A stretch of 64,000 bases of DNA from IMG/VR virus record IMGVR_UViG_3300045971_000577, positions 186,001-250,000 of that record; one strand, written 5' to 3'. A program made the translations under genes and the position numbers. Below the pieces are notes generated by a model, which did not search any database, was not told the origin of the DNA, and was given only the letters and a program-made list of their open reading frames with translations. Positions within the stretch are counted from its first letter, which is position 1. Every line of letters starts with the position of its first letter. Shown here in pieces: positions 19,773 through 28,907 of the stretch.

Positions 19773-20210
19773 TTATCCTTTACGCTTTGGATTATTGAAT
19801 ATATTCGATTCATTCATTACGCGAAATTGCATTCCGTGGTGTTTTGCAAATGCTTGAGCAGCATTCCACTTGAATGTGTTCAATGCTACTGCCGCCTTTG
19901 CTCGTGGACTTTTAGCTTCTTCCAGGAAAGTTTCTTTAGCTGGTTTGACTTCGATGATTTCTGTATGCTGTTTACCATCGGCGTCAAAGTATGTAACCAC
20001 AAAGTCCGGTATATACACGGTATATTTACCGGTAAACGGATTCTGGTACGGGATTTTCAGGGATTCGCTTGCCCAATGTACAATATTTGGATTTGTATCA
20101 AACATAACCATTACTTTCTGTTCCCAAGAGGAACGAAAGATTATAGGATATGTACCGGCATATTTGTCGGGATTTAGAGGTTTATACTGACCTTGGACAT
20201 AAGATTTCAT
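19773..20210 (-). CDS. Head completion nuclease (gp4-like, TnsA fold)
   Basis: FRSSWE, WASE..IPY, YIPDF, IEVKP. Confidence 0.88.
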   Translation of the reverse strand: MKSYVQGQYKPLNPDKYAGTYPIIFRSSWEQKVMVMFDTNPNIVHWASESLKIPYQNPFTGKYTVYIPDFVVTYFDADGKQHTEIIEVKPAKETFLEEAKSPRAKAAVALNTFKWNAAQAFAKHHGMQFRVMNESNIFNNPKRKG

Positions 20211-20684
20211 TTATGATCTTATTTCTCTAGCCTGTAGGCTGAATTTGTTGCTGGATGCGGTTACTATCCCTATTTGATTTCCTGGATCACGAAATACATT
20301 GAACGCCCTGTAAGCATCCTGAGTAAATAATATTTTACCATCAGTGGATACCTGCTCTAACAATGATTGTGTAGAAATACCTAATGTCGATGCTATATCG
20401 ATGCTAAGTCCGGCCATCGTATCTGCATACATAGATCCTGCACCGCGTGATAAAAAATAACATTTAGTGGAATCATAGGATGACGCACTATAACTTCCGA
20501 CTACACCTTCGCCTACTGCCGACTGGGATATATTTCCCGGATCAGGGAATACAGTTGTCCCAGTCGAATACTTATATGTATTTACGGGCCCGGTCCCGGA
20601 CGATTTTACAGTTCGTTGTGTGCCCAAATAAGTGAGCATCTGCGAACTAAATCGACCTATTGACGAAATATTCGAGTTAGCCAC
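20211..20684 (-). CDS. Hypothetical structural protein
   Basis: ORF in the tail cluster. Confidence 0.65.
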   Translation of the reverse strand: MANSNISSIGRFSSQMLTYLGTQRTVKSSGTGPVNTYKYSTGTTVFPDPGNISQSAVGEGVVGSYSASSYDSTKCYFLSRGAGSMYADTMAGLSIDIASTLGISTQSLLEQVSTDGKILFTQDAYRAFNVFRDPGNQIGIVTASSNKFSLQAREIRS

Positions 20685-21936
20685 TTGTGCCTCCCGATCT
20701 GTTTACATCAGTGTATTTTGTAGATGACTTTGCGGCAGAAGAGCCAAATGGTCTAGCCTGAACTACCGGTGCGGCGGGCGCATGATACGGTGTAGGAGAA
20801 ATATTTGCCATTCCATCTAAAACACTGGCACTAACCTTTCGTACACCTTTCGAAATGGCTGCGCCGGTAGCTGAAGTTATTGTTGACTGAACATTTTTAC
20901 CTATTCTTTGTAAAATAGGGTTGTCAGACTGAAGTAGAGGATTATTAGATTCAAGAAAATCATCTAATACTGAGTTAAAAGCTAGTGCAGGAAGTTCAAG
21001 AAACTCAGCATGGGAAAATGGTTCCAAACTAGAGTCGTTATTTTCTTCGCTGCCGCCGAGTTTCATATTCTGTATTGTATAGTACGCATATTCGTATTCG
21101 ATTGAAAACGTAAGCTCAAGAGTCTTATCGTCAGCCGCATAGTTCAATATGTCGTGAGTGAATGCCGCGATGCGTGGATTCACTAATGTTACTTGATTGA
21201 ACCTACCACCGTGAACCTGAAATATATCAATAGTCTGTATTAGATTCCTAATATTGCCGACTGCAGGTAAGTTGAATCCAAAGTTATGGTTGTCAAGTGT
21301 GTCGGATATTATATTGTTTATCAATGATTTACTGCCAGACGTATTTGTAGGCAGATCCTTACCAGTGGTGGATTTACCCTGAAATAGATTCTTGACTGAC
21401 GCTGGTAAACTTGCAATACTCGGATTCAACGAAGGCGTAAGGCTCTTTACAAGAGACTCGACTGAAAATGTTTTATTACCTTGTTGCGTTCGTTTTGGAT
21501 CATTTGCACCAGGTTCGGAACCATCCATGAAATAGTATCTGTAATACATATCCCAAAACTTCAGGGTCTTTCCATCTGCTACATCATGCAGAACCATTTT
21601 TACAGGTTCAAATCCAATCTTTGTCTGACTAAGTCTTTTTCTGTTATATTGATTGAGTGGAGTAGTTTCGATCTTCATCGATGGCATTTCTACTGATTTT
21701 ACAAGAGGAGCCACTTGAGCAAAATCAACACCATTGAAGTATTTAGATATAAACTCTTTTGCCGTACCGACATTATTCAGGTTGAATGCGACATAATACT
21801 CAAACGGAAATCTTGGTTGATTTCTGTAAAGACTACGTGCTTCTTGACTGAAGGTGTAAGAAGCACCGCGCGGGCTTTTCTCGTAATAGAAGCCCGCGCC
21901 CGTAAGCTCAGTAAATAGACCTGAAAAACTAGGCAT
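20677..21936 (-). CDS. Baseplate/tail-tube initiator-like protein (gp48/gp54-like)
   Basis: LVKSVEMPSMKI...PVKMVLHD tube-fold pattern; follows the tail tube gene. Confidence 0.6.
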   Translation of the reverse strand: MPSFSGLFTELTGAGFYYEKSPRGASYTFSQEARSLYRNQPRFPFEYYVAFNLNNVGTAKEFISKYFNGVDFAQVAPLVKSVEMPSMKIETTPLNQYNRKRLSQTKIGFEPVKMVLHDVADGKTLKFWDMYYRYYFMDGSEPGANDPKRTQQGNKTFSVESLVKSLTPSLNPSIASLPASVKNLFQGKSTTGKDLPTNTSGSKSLINNIISDTLDNHNFGFNLPAVGNIRNLIQTIDIFQVHGGRFNQVTLVNPRIAAFTHDILNYAADDKTLELTFSIEYEYAYYTIQNMKLGGSEENNDSSLEPFSHAEFLELPALAFNSVLDDFLESNNPLLQSDNPILQRIGKNVQSTITSATGAAISKGVRKVSASVLDGMANISPTPYHAPAAPVVQARPFGSSAAKSSTKYTDVNRSGGTSG

Positions 21937-21960
21937 TAAGCCACCTCCAAAAATTCAGGA

Positions 21961-22578
21961 TTAACCGAATGTAGTACCACCAGTTGGGCTGGCGATATTT
22001 GGATATGGGTCTCCACCAATTGTTGTTCCGTTGTTTGTATTTGGACCGGATACGTTTGTTGCGTTATCGAAGCTGATCGACAATGTTACTTCCTGTGGGT
22101 CACCACTTGAGTAGTCACCCTCACCATATGTAACGTTTTCAATCCAGCAGCCATCAAGGACCCACGACTCCAGTTGTTCGTTATTTGTACCGTCAAGCGA
22201 ATGAATTTCCATTGCGAACTTATAGTTGATACCAGCTACCGCGCTTGTCTGCTCGTAGTGGTTCATCTGTTTCTGTACTTGTGCGCCAACCGACGAAATT
22301 ACTGAGTTAGTAATATCATCGCGAAGCTTGATTTCAATTGCATCAAAAGCGGTACGTTTACCTTGAATCAATGCTACCGAGTTGTATGAATGAAGTTCAA
22401 CACGACCGAAGGCAATCTTCGGTCGTGTGCAGGTCATTACGTTCGCTGTCATTTCGCGAAGGCCATTGTTTTCACCGAAGTTTTGCCAAACTACTCTGAA
22501 GCGATACTTTTGCTTAGGATGCAGAATACCCAGTTTGTTTCCATCTAGTGGAACACCGAATTTCGCCAAATTTGCCAT
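21961..22578 (-). CDS. Tail tube protein (gp19-like)
   Basis: KYRFRV, TRPKI, LRDD, LSISFDNA; near the sheath gene. Confidence 0.85.
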   Translation of the reverse strand: MANLAKFGVPLDGNKLGILHPKQKYRFRVVWQNFGENNGLREMTANVMTCTRPKIAFGRVELHSYNSVALIQGKRTAFDAIEIKLRDDITNSVISSVGAQVQKQMNHYEQTSAVAGINYKFAMEIHSLDGTNNEQLESWVLDGCWIENVTYGEGDYSSGDPQEVTLSISFDNATNVSGPNTNNGTTIGGDPYPNIASPTGGTTFG

Positions 22579-22614
22579 CTCTATTTCTCCTGCTATAAAA
22601 GCTAATACTATTTA

Positions 22615-23250
22615 TCAAATGTCGGATAATTTTATTCGAGGGGTTATTCCCGCAAAGGAAGTGATTGCATACTTCTCTCCGATATCTATCGAGCATTCAT
22701 AGGGTAAGACACAGTAGCCCTTATCGCCCCATTTAGGTCCGAATGAATTTGCCAGTATCCAACCATTGTCTGTACTGCCTACTATCAGCGCGGCGTGGCC
22801 ATACATCAACCGGTTATCTGTGCCATTTATTGGTCTATATTCGCTCGGATTGTGTATAAACAACTCGCCCACACTCAGTCCTATAATTACATGTACATCT
22901 CTTTGCAAATAGTTATCAATATCTTCAACTTTTTCGTATGACTGCAATCTATGCTGGATACCGTCAAATACGGCTTCGCTGGACGGCTCGACATTTATCC
23001 TGCTCCTGTCAAAAGGCCACAGTTGATCGGAACATGCACCGTATTTCTCTAGGGCCAAAAACACATTCTTAAGCTGGCATTTTTCTAAGTGTAAAGATCC
23101 CTGTATTTTTCGTGCCATGTAATACACATAAAGATGCGAGAAGATATGTCGTTTTCCTGCTCTGTTAGCAAGAAGCTCTATAGCGTGCAGGCATGCGATC
23201 GGTGCGCAACAATCGACATTATCTTGACGTTTTAGCAAGAGTTCCATCAA
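22615..23250 (-). CDS. Papain-like (C1) cysteine peptidase
   Basis: Q..C (QDNVDCC), GHAALIVG and ILANSFGPKWGDKGY give an intact Cys-His-Asn triad. Confidence 0.85.
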   Translation of the reverse strand: MMELLLKRQDNVDCCAPIACLHAIELLANRAGKRHIFSHLYVYYMARKIQGSLHLEKCQLKNVFLALEKYGACSDQLWPFDRSRINVEPSSEAVFDGIQHRLQSYEKVEDIDNYLQRDVHVIIGLSVGELFIHNPSEYRPINGTDNRLMYGHAALIVGSTDNGWILANSFGPKWGDKGYCVLPYECSIDIGEKYAITSFAGITPRIKLSDI

Positions 23251-23265
23251 TTATTTAGTCAAAAA

Positions 23266-23287
23266 GATACCGCCCGGAGGCGGTATC
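23266..23287 (-). terminator. Terminator hairpin after the sheath gene
   Basis: GATACCGCC-CGGA-GGCGGTATC with adjacent T-run on the minus strand. Confidence 0.7.
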
Positions 23288-23302
23288 GAGAGTGACTAAC
23301 TC

Positions 23303-25849
23303 TTAGGTTAGGCTTGAACCAGTGTTCTTGATTCTGATTGGAATGTAGATGTATTCGATTGCCTTGACTGGTTGAATAGCAATATCAATCCAAAGTTCGT
23401 TTCTATCGATACGAGCTGGTGTGTTGTTCGACAAATCGCAAACAACCAAGAAGTCGTACAATCCGCGCAATGTGATTAGTTCTGATAGGAATCTATCGAA
23501 CGCATCCTTAACTGCGTTACGGGTTGTTGTATCGTTAGGTTCGAATAGAAACGGTGTCGACAACTGATTTAGCTGGTAGCGCAAGTAGTTTTCTAGACGA
23601 ACTACGTTGATACGGTCTGTGGCGCTAGAGTAGTTCTGACGTGTCTTTTGCCCGAAGATAACAATACCACCCTGCGGCATTATACGGATTGGATTAATAC
23701 CGTTTTGATACAGGATATCTCTCTGCCCTTCATTCAACTTGACTGCTACAAACTGCCCTTCGGCATTTACATAACCTACTGCACCTGCGTTGTTTACTAC
23801 GCCGCGTTGTAGACCGGCCGGAGCAAACCAAGGGTACGCAACCTGATCGTTGTAGGCAATGGTGCGGAGTGCCATATGCGATGGTGGCACAACTACATCA
23901 GTTCCATCAACATTTGTACTCAATCCACTTGGATACCATGCTGCAAAATACTTGCTTGCAGATACTAACCCATCTGGACCATTACCCAATGCTAGTGAGG
24001 AGTTGGCTGCCCAACTTTGCAGAGCAGTGCCGGTGGCAGCCAATGTAAACGGTGTGTCGCCGACAACAAATGCAGTGTTTCTGCGATCGTCGTTTAGTAC
24101 AAGCATTTCGTCAATTGCTTCAACATACCCCGGTGCAGTGATAAGGTTGAAATACAAATCTTCTGCACGAATATCTTCGTTAGAAGTAATAACTGCTTGG
24201 ATTGCACGAACAATACAAATATTCTGTGCTGCTGCGCCCATGTATGGACGACCTTCAGCATCGTTGCCCGAATCGCTAACCCAACGTCCCGTAGAACCGT
24301 CGTATGTGGATGCTGTTACGTTTTCAAACACATATGGTGATACCCAAACCTTGATGTTGTTTGTCGAATAACGAGTATTCCACAACATAAATCCCTTTGG
24401 ATATAGATCTGAATCAGGTGCATCAGCATCGAGATCAGGTGCTGTGCCGCCACCGTTGTTTTCGCCGCTATATGCGCCGGTGTGATACAGTGGATTTGGA
24501 CGTGCATCACGGAAGATGATACCGTGTGGTGTTGTTTGGTCTATGTTGCTAACAAGAACCCATGCAGATCCACTCCAGTAGTAAATTACTGGATATTCAG
24601 ATTGATCAGTGTCAATCCATACGTCATTTGCAGCTAATGTAGGAGCAGGAACGTTATCGCGTGGATCACCGGATTGTGTATACAATGTTGGCGAACCTGG
24701 TGTAACTGTCATTGTGCTAAATCCAGGCAAGTTGATATTCTGCCAGTGACCGGCACCGTCTGCAACCAAAATGTCGATTGTTGACAAACCATTTCCGTCG
24801 AGTCCGACTTCAGCGTTAAACCATAGTTGGCCGGTTACCGGACCTGCGGTTGGAACTGCGCCGGCACCTACCACTACAGTTAGCGGAGCCCACACACCTG
24901 CGGTATTTAGATTGATTCTAAATGAGTTAGCAGAAGCAGAAAGTCCTGTAATAACAGGCTCGATATAGATCTGGCCTAGAGAGCCTGCAGCATTCGAGCT
25001 GTAATATGTATCGGCAGCAGTGTTATCAACCAGGATAGGAGCCTCAACTTGAACAAACTTAGCAAGAGTTGCATCCATTCTGCGTAGAACAAGATTTGCA
25101 CCTTGTGCTGCGGATGTTGTCTTGATCCAGAACTTCTGTGTTGTCGCAATATTGGTAAGGTCCGGCCATACAGATTGAATTGTAACTGTCTGGCCAACTG
25201 TGCCGATTTGTACCCAAAGGCCTCCGGCTTTTATCCAGTAAGATAGGTTGCCTAATGCAGTCTGGAATACTACTGCATAATCGCCGTTGACACCGTCACC
25301 AACAGTCGGCTGGTTCGATACACCTGTTGCGAAGTTATATACAAAACCAACAGTTACCGGTACCCAAACTTCATTCGGAAATGTTCCAGACCGAACAAAT
25401 AAACCATAAGCAGATCCGTTTGGAAGTGCAGATTCATCAAACCAGTATGTTCCTACTGCTGCAGGACTAGTCGGCTGAATCGGGGTGGATTCGAGTTGCT
25501 TTGTATCAATATCAGCACGAATAAATCTACCTAGGTTAGAAATACCAAGATACGAGTAACCGGCCAATAGGCCGTATTCGTTTAGTGGGTAACCATTTAG
25601 AGATGTTCCGCTGACTTCGTAGAAAATAGGGTCGCCGAAAGTCTGTACAAGATCTCTCTGCGAAGTGATAGAATAAACCTTACCTGCATTTGCTTTGGTT
25701 GTTCCAGACGCTACAGCAAGACCAGATGGATCCAGTTTGTCTTGCTGAGTTGCAATAAAGATTAGAGGTACTGTACCCGGGCCGGCGCTGACGTTAATTG
25801 ATTGATCAATAACAGAAATACTTGTGCCAGGTGAAACTAATGTAGCCAT
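23303..25849 (-). CDS. Contractile tail sheath protein (gp18-like)
   Basis: MATLVSPG start; WFAPAG..RG, INPI, IFGQKT, DRINVVRL, IQPVKAIEYIYIP. Confidence 0.95.
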   Translation of the reverse strand: MATLVSPGTSISVIDQSINVSAGPGTVPLIFIATQQDKLDPSGLAVASGTTKANAGKVYSITSQRDLVQTFGDPIFYEVSGTSLNGYPLNEYGLLAGYSYLGISNLGRFIRADIDTKQLESTPIQPTSPAAVGTYWFDESALPNGSAYGLFVRSGTFPNEVWVPVTVGFVYNFATGVSNQPTVGDGVNGDYAVVFQTALGNLSYWIKAGGLWVQIGTVGQTVTIQSVWPDLTNIATTQKFWIKTTSAAQGANLVLRRMDATLAKFVQVEAPILVDNTAADTYYSSNAAGSLGQIYIEPVITGLSASANSFRINLNTAGVWAPLTVVVGAGAVPTAGPVTGQLWFNAEVGLDGNGLSTIDILVADGAGHWQNINLPGFSTMTVTPGSPTLYTQSGDPRDNVPAPTLAANDVWIDTDQSEYPVIYYWSGSAWVLVSNIDQTTPHGIIFRDARPNPLYHTGAYSGENNGGGTAPDLDADAPDSDLYPKGFMLWNTRYSTNNIKVWVSPYVFENVTASTYDGSTGRWVSDSGNDAEGRPYMGAAAQNICIVRAIQAVITSNEDIRAEDLYFNLITAPGYVEAIDEMLVLNDDRRNTAFVVGDTPFTLAATGTALQSWAANSSLALGNGPDGLVSASKYFAAWYPSGLSTNVDGTDVVVPPSHMALRTIAYNDQVAYPWFAPAGLQRGVVNNAGAVGYVNAEGQFVAVKLNEGQRDILYQNGINPIRIMPQGGIVIFGQKTRQNYSSATDRINVVRLENYLRYQLNQLSTPFLFEPNDTTTRNAVKDAFDRFLSELITLRGLYDFLVVCDLSNNTPARIDRNELWIDIAIQPVKAIEYIYIPIRIKNTGSSLT

Positions 25850-25963
25850 TGTGATGTAACTCCTATGAAGAATATGCTTCTTGTTATGAGTATTTATCAA
25901 TAAAGGCCTGTAACAGGTGCAAAAGAAACTCGGATATATATCCTGTTTATTCTACATCGGGTG

Positions 25964-26461
25964 TTATACTGGCCAATAACCCTGGAAGAGTACTCTTAGG
26001 TTTAAAATTCTGTACATTTGCCCGGTAGTTATAGTATTATCTGAAATTTCAAGATCAGAACCAGACCCGCTGACGCCCACGGTGCCAATTGCTTGCTGAT
26101 AAATTGTTCCTGCATCATTTCGTACATTCCAGATAAACCATGTTGCGGTACCAGTACCTGTTGCTGCAAGATATCCTGTAGAAATTACAACAGGATTTAC
26201 ATTTGACTGAACAATAAATGAACCGGATTCTACGGAATAATCAATCAATACATCTGTTATCGGAATTGTCACCAATGTAGGGGAAACGGGCATTGTTCCC
26301 TTCATGATAGTAATATAGCCGTGTGCATACGCGGGCAACGAAGATCCACTAGGTAGTAATCCGCACTGAGCAATGCTGGTTACCGAAAAACTACTGTTGT
26401 AATTTATTATTTCGGCAATATATGTGGTTAGCAAGCCCTGGCTTAATTCTAATGATGACAT
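25964..26461 (-). CDS. Putative virion protein; paralogue of the C-terminal domain of 26496-28004
   Basis: Shared QCGLLPSGS..AHGYITIM.G.MP and TIYQQAIGTVG motifs. Confidence 0.75.
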   Translation of the reverse strand: MSSLELSQGLLTTYIAEIINYNSSFSVTSIAQCGLLPSGSSLPAYAHGYITIMKGTMPVSPTLVTIPITDVLIDYSVESGSFIVQSNVNPVVISTGYLAATGTGTATWFIWNVRNDAGTIYQQAIGTVGVSGSGSDLEISDNTITTGQMYRILNLRVLFQGYWPV

Positions 26462-26495
26462 AATAGTTCCTTGTTTAGTCAGTTCTCAATAATAT

Positions 26496-28004
26496 TTACA
26501 GTTCAAATAAACTCGGGAAAGATAATCTGATATTCAATATTCTGTAGTAATTTCCCGATACAATATCTGTATCATTTATTTTGAGATCTGCAGTCGAATT
26601 AGACAATCCCACAGTACCTATTGCCTGCTGATATATTGTACCGGTATTGTTTCTTACACTCCATACAAACCAAGTAGCTGCACCGGTGGCAGTTGCAGGA
26701 ATGTACATAGTAGAAATTACAACTGGATTTTTATTTGCCTGCACATCGAATACTCCCGATTCTACCGAAAATTCTGCTAATACATCAACAGACGGAATAG
26801 AAATAAGATCTGGAGTCGCTGGCATTACGCCCTGCATGATGGTAATATAGCCGTGTGCATCGGTTGGTGCATCAGACCCCGAGGGTAGTAATCCACATTG
26901 AGAAATATTTGCTACAGAATGTGTGGCATTAAAATTTAAGATATCGACAAATAATTGATCTAATAATCCGTTGCTGAACTCAACAACATTGGTTGACTCA
27001 ACGAATAGGGACATTGATTTAGAATTTATCGATGTGTTGTTGGCTGCTGTTAGTGTAACCATAAAGTCGCCAGGAAGTGCATATGTATGCGTCGGTGACT
27101 CAAGCACAGACATATTTCCATCACCAAAACTCCACTGATAGCTCGTAGCATCAGTTGACAAATTTGTAAAGGTTACCAAACTATTCGCAGATATTGTTGC
27201 TGGCAAATATGCAAAATCTGATACAGCTACGGGCACACCTGTAACCACCACATCCGCTGTATATGCAATTATTGGAGAGGTGCCTCCGGTAAAATATGCA
27301 GTAACATACGGGTGAAATGTACCAGGTAATAGATAATCATGAGTAGGAACAAATGAAGCACTGGTTGTCCCGTCACCAAATGTCCAGAGTAGTGCATCTA
27401 AAAATCCAGTTTGAGATACTCTGTCAAATGTTACCGAGAGTGGCGCGTCACCTGTTGTTGGCGTTGCCGATACAGCAATAGCATTCGGTGCGGCTACGAC
27501 GACAGAGTGCGTTATACTTGTGGGAGTTGTTCCCGATTCCCAGGTGTTTGTTAGTTGAACAATAAATGTGCCACCCGTAACAAATGTGTATATGGGATTT
27601 TGTATATTACTTGTTCCACCATCACCAAAATCCCACTCCCAGGTCAGTGGCGAACCGGCACTTATCCCGGAGAAAGTAACCAATAATGGTGCTATTCCGC
27701 TCGAAGGTGTATATGTGAAGGCCGAGCTGTTAGCAGGTGCTGTTACTGTAATATTTGGATCATAGGTACCCGAATATAATGCTCCACTGACAAACTGTCC
27801 ACTGTACGATATTGTGTAGGTTCCACTTGTGTTGTATGAGTGTGTAGCTGGAGTGCCGGTAGTTGTGCCAGAACCGTCGCCCCAATCCCACATAACATCT
27901 AAAATAGCGCCGAATACGGCGGTCATTGTTGCATCCACAATGAGTGGACTACCACCTGTCGTGGGAGTTACTGATGGGATTGCTATTGGCGAGGAAGCTG
28001 GCAT
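26496..28004 (-). CDS. Multi-PKD-domain virion protein
   Basis: Four WDWGDG/WDFGDG/WTFGDG/WSFGDG PKD repeats. Confidence 0.88.
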   Translation of the reverse strand: MPASSPIAIPSVTPTTGGSPLIVDATMTAVFGAILDVMWDWGDGSGTTTGTPATHSYNTSGTYTISYSGQFVSGALYSGTYDPNITVTAPANSSAFTYTPSSGIAPLLVTFSGISAGSPLTWEWDFGDGGTSNIQNPIYTFVTGGTFIVQLTNTWESGTTPTSITHSVVVAAPNAIAVSATPTTGDAPLSVTFDRVSQTGFLDALLWTFGDGTTSASFVPTHDYLLPGTFHPYVTAYFTGGTSPIIAYTADVVVTGVPVAVSDFAYLPATISANSLVTFTNLSTDATSYQWSFGDGNMSVLESPTHTYALPGDFMVTLTAANNTSINSKSMSLFVESTNVVEFSNGLLDQLFVDILNFNATHSVANISQCGLLPSGSDAPTDAHGYITIMQGVMPATPDLISIPSVDVLAEFSVESGVFDVQANKNPVVISTMYIPATATGAATWFVWSVRNNTGTIYQQAIGTVGLSNSTADLKINDTDIVSGNYYRILNIRLSFPSLFEL

Positions 28005-28012
28005 GTGATTTC

Positions 28013-28393
28013 CTAAATATATTCATTACTTATGATTATGTATTCTTTTGTATAATCTATAGTAATTTCGTCTGTTTCTAATCCGTTTATGTCTCTGATA
28101 GCAATAATAAACACATCACCATTCTTTTTTATACACATGCACGCACTGGGATTATTGCTATGATTTGTCCATACCCCAAATTGTGTTCGTTTACCTGCTA
28201 TTGTCACGATCCCTATGACTTCTCCTGCAGAGATATTTACTGTAGCATGAATTCCTTTTCCGTGTATTTTAGATTCCTTCAAGATACAGTTTGTCAGTTC
28301 TATTTCTATCTGATCATCTATGCGATGGCTACGGGCTAAAAGATCCTGTTCGGTCACCCTGCAATATGCCAGTACTCTATCAAACTCCCTCAT
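28013..28393 (-). CDS. SET-domain protein (putative lysine methyltransferase)
   Basis: SKIHGKGIHA, TNHSNNP and EITIDY are SET signature motifs. Confidence 0.75.
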   Translation of the reverse strand: MREFDRVLAYCRVTEQDLLARSHRIDDQIEIELTNCILKESKIHGKGIHATVNISAGEVIGIVTIAGKRTQFGVWTNHSNNPSACMCIKKNGDVFIIAIRDINGLETDEITIDYTKEYIIISNEYI

Positions 28394-28394
28394 A

Positions 28395-28895
28395 TCATGA
28401 AGCAGTTATACTCGAATCTAGTAATGCCGTATTCGTTCCCAAAACCACAGATAGATTCGCCATTCGAATAATTCCTGACCCCGAGCCCAGTGATACATTA
28501 CCGACAATAAAATTAGAATTAGGCAATACAAGACCTTGTAGCGTTATTGGTGTAATATCTGTTGTCCAAATAATTCCCCAAGCCGCCGTTCCATTATTGT
28601 ATGCAACAACATCAGCTGGAGAATTTGCCATAGTTAGCATAACTCCGCTTCCCGGAATATCATATAACGGTTGGTTGTACTGCACACCTTGCCAATGAGC
28701 CAAATATGCCGTATTATACCCTGTCCAATTCGACGATATTGTTGCTGCCGCCGGCAGCACACCCGAAAAAATAGTTACAGAAACAGTTGCTGTACCATTA
28801 CCGATCTGAGTATTTCCACCGCTTCCTGCCATGGCATTTAGCAATCCTCTACCTATCATTAGGTTTCGTATATTCGAGTTAAAAAGTATTGTCAT
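28395..28895 (-). CDS. Putative virion protein
   Basis: Gly/Ser/Thr-rich; distant resemblance to 25964-26461. Confidence 0.65.
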   Translation of the reverse strand: MTILFNSNIRNLMIGRGLLNAMAGSGGNTQIGNGTATVSVTIFSGVLPAAATISSNWTGYNTAYLAHWQGVQYNQPLYDIPGSGVMLTMANSPADVVAYNNGTAAWGIIWTTDITPITLQGLVLPNSNFIVGNVSLGSGSGIIRMANLSVVLGTNTALLDSSITAS

Positions 28896-28907
28896 GATAT
28901 TCCTATA

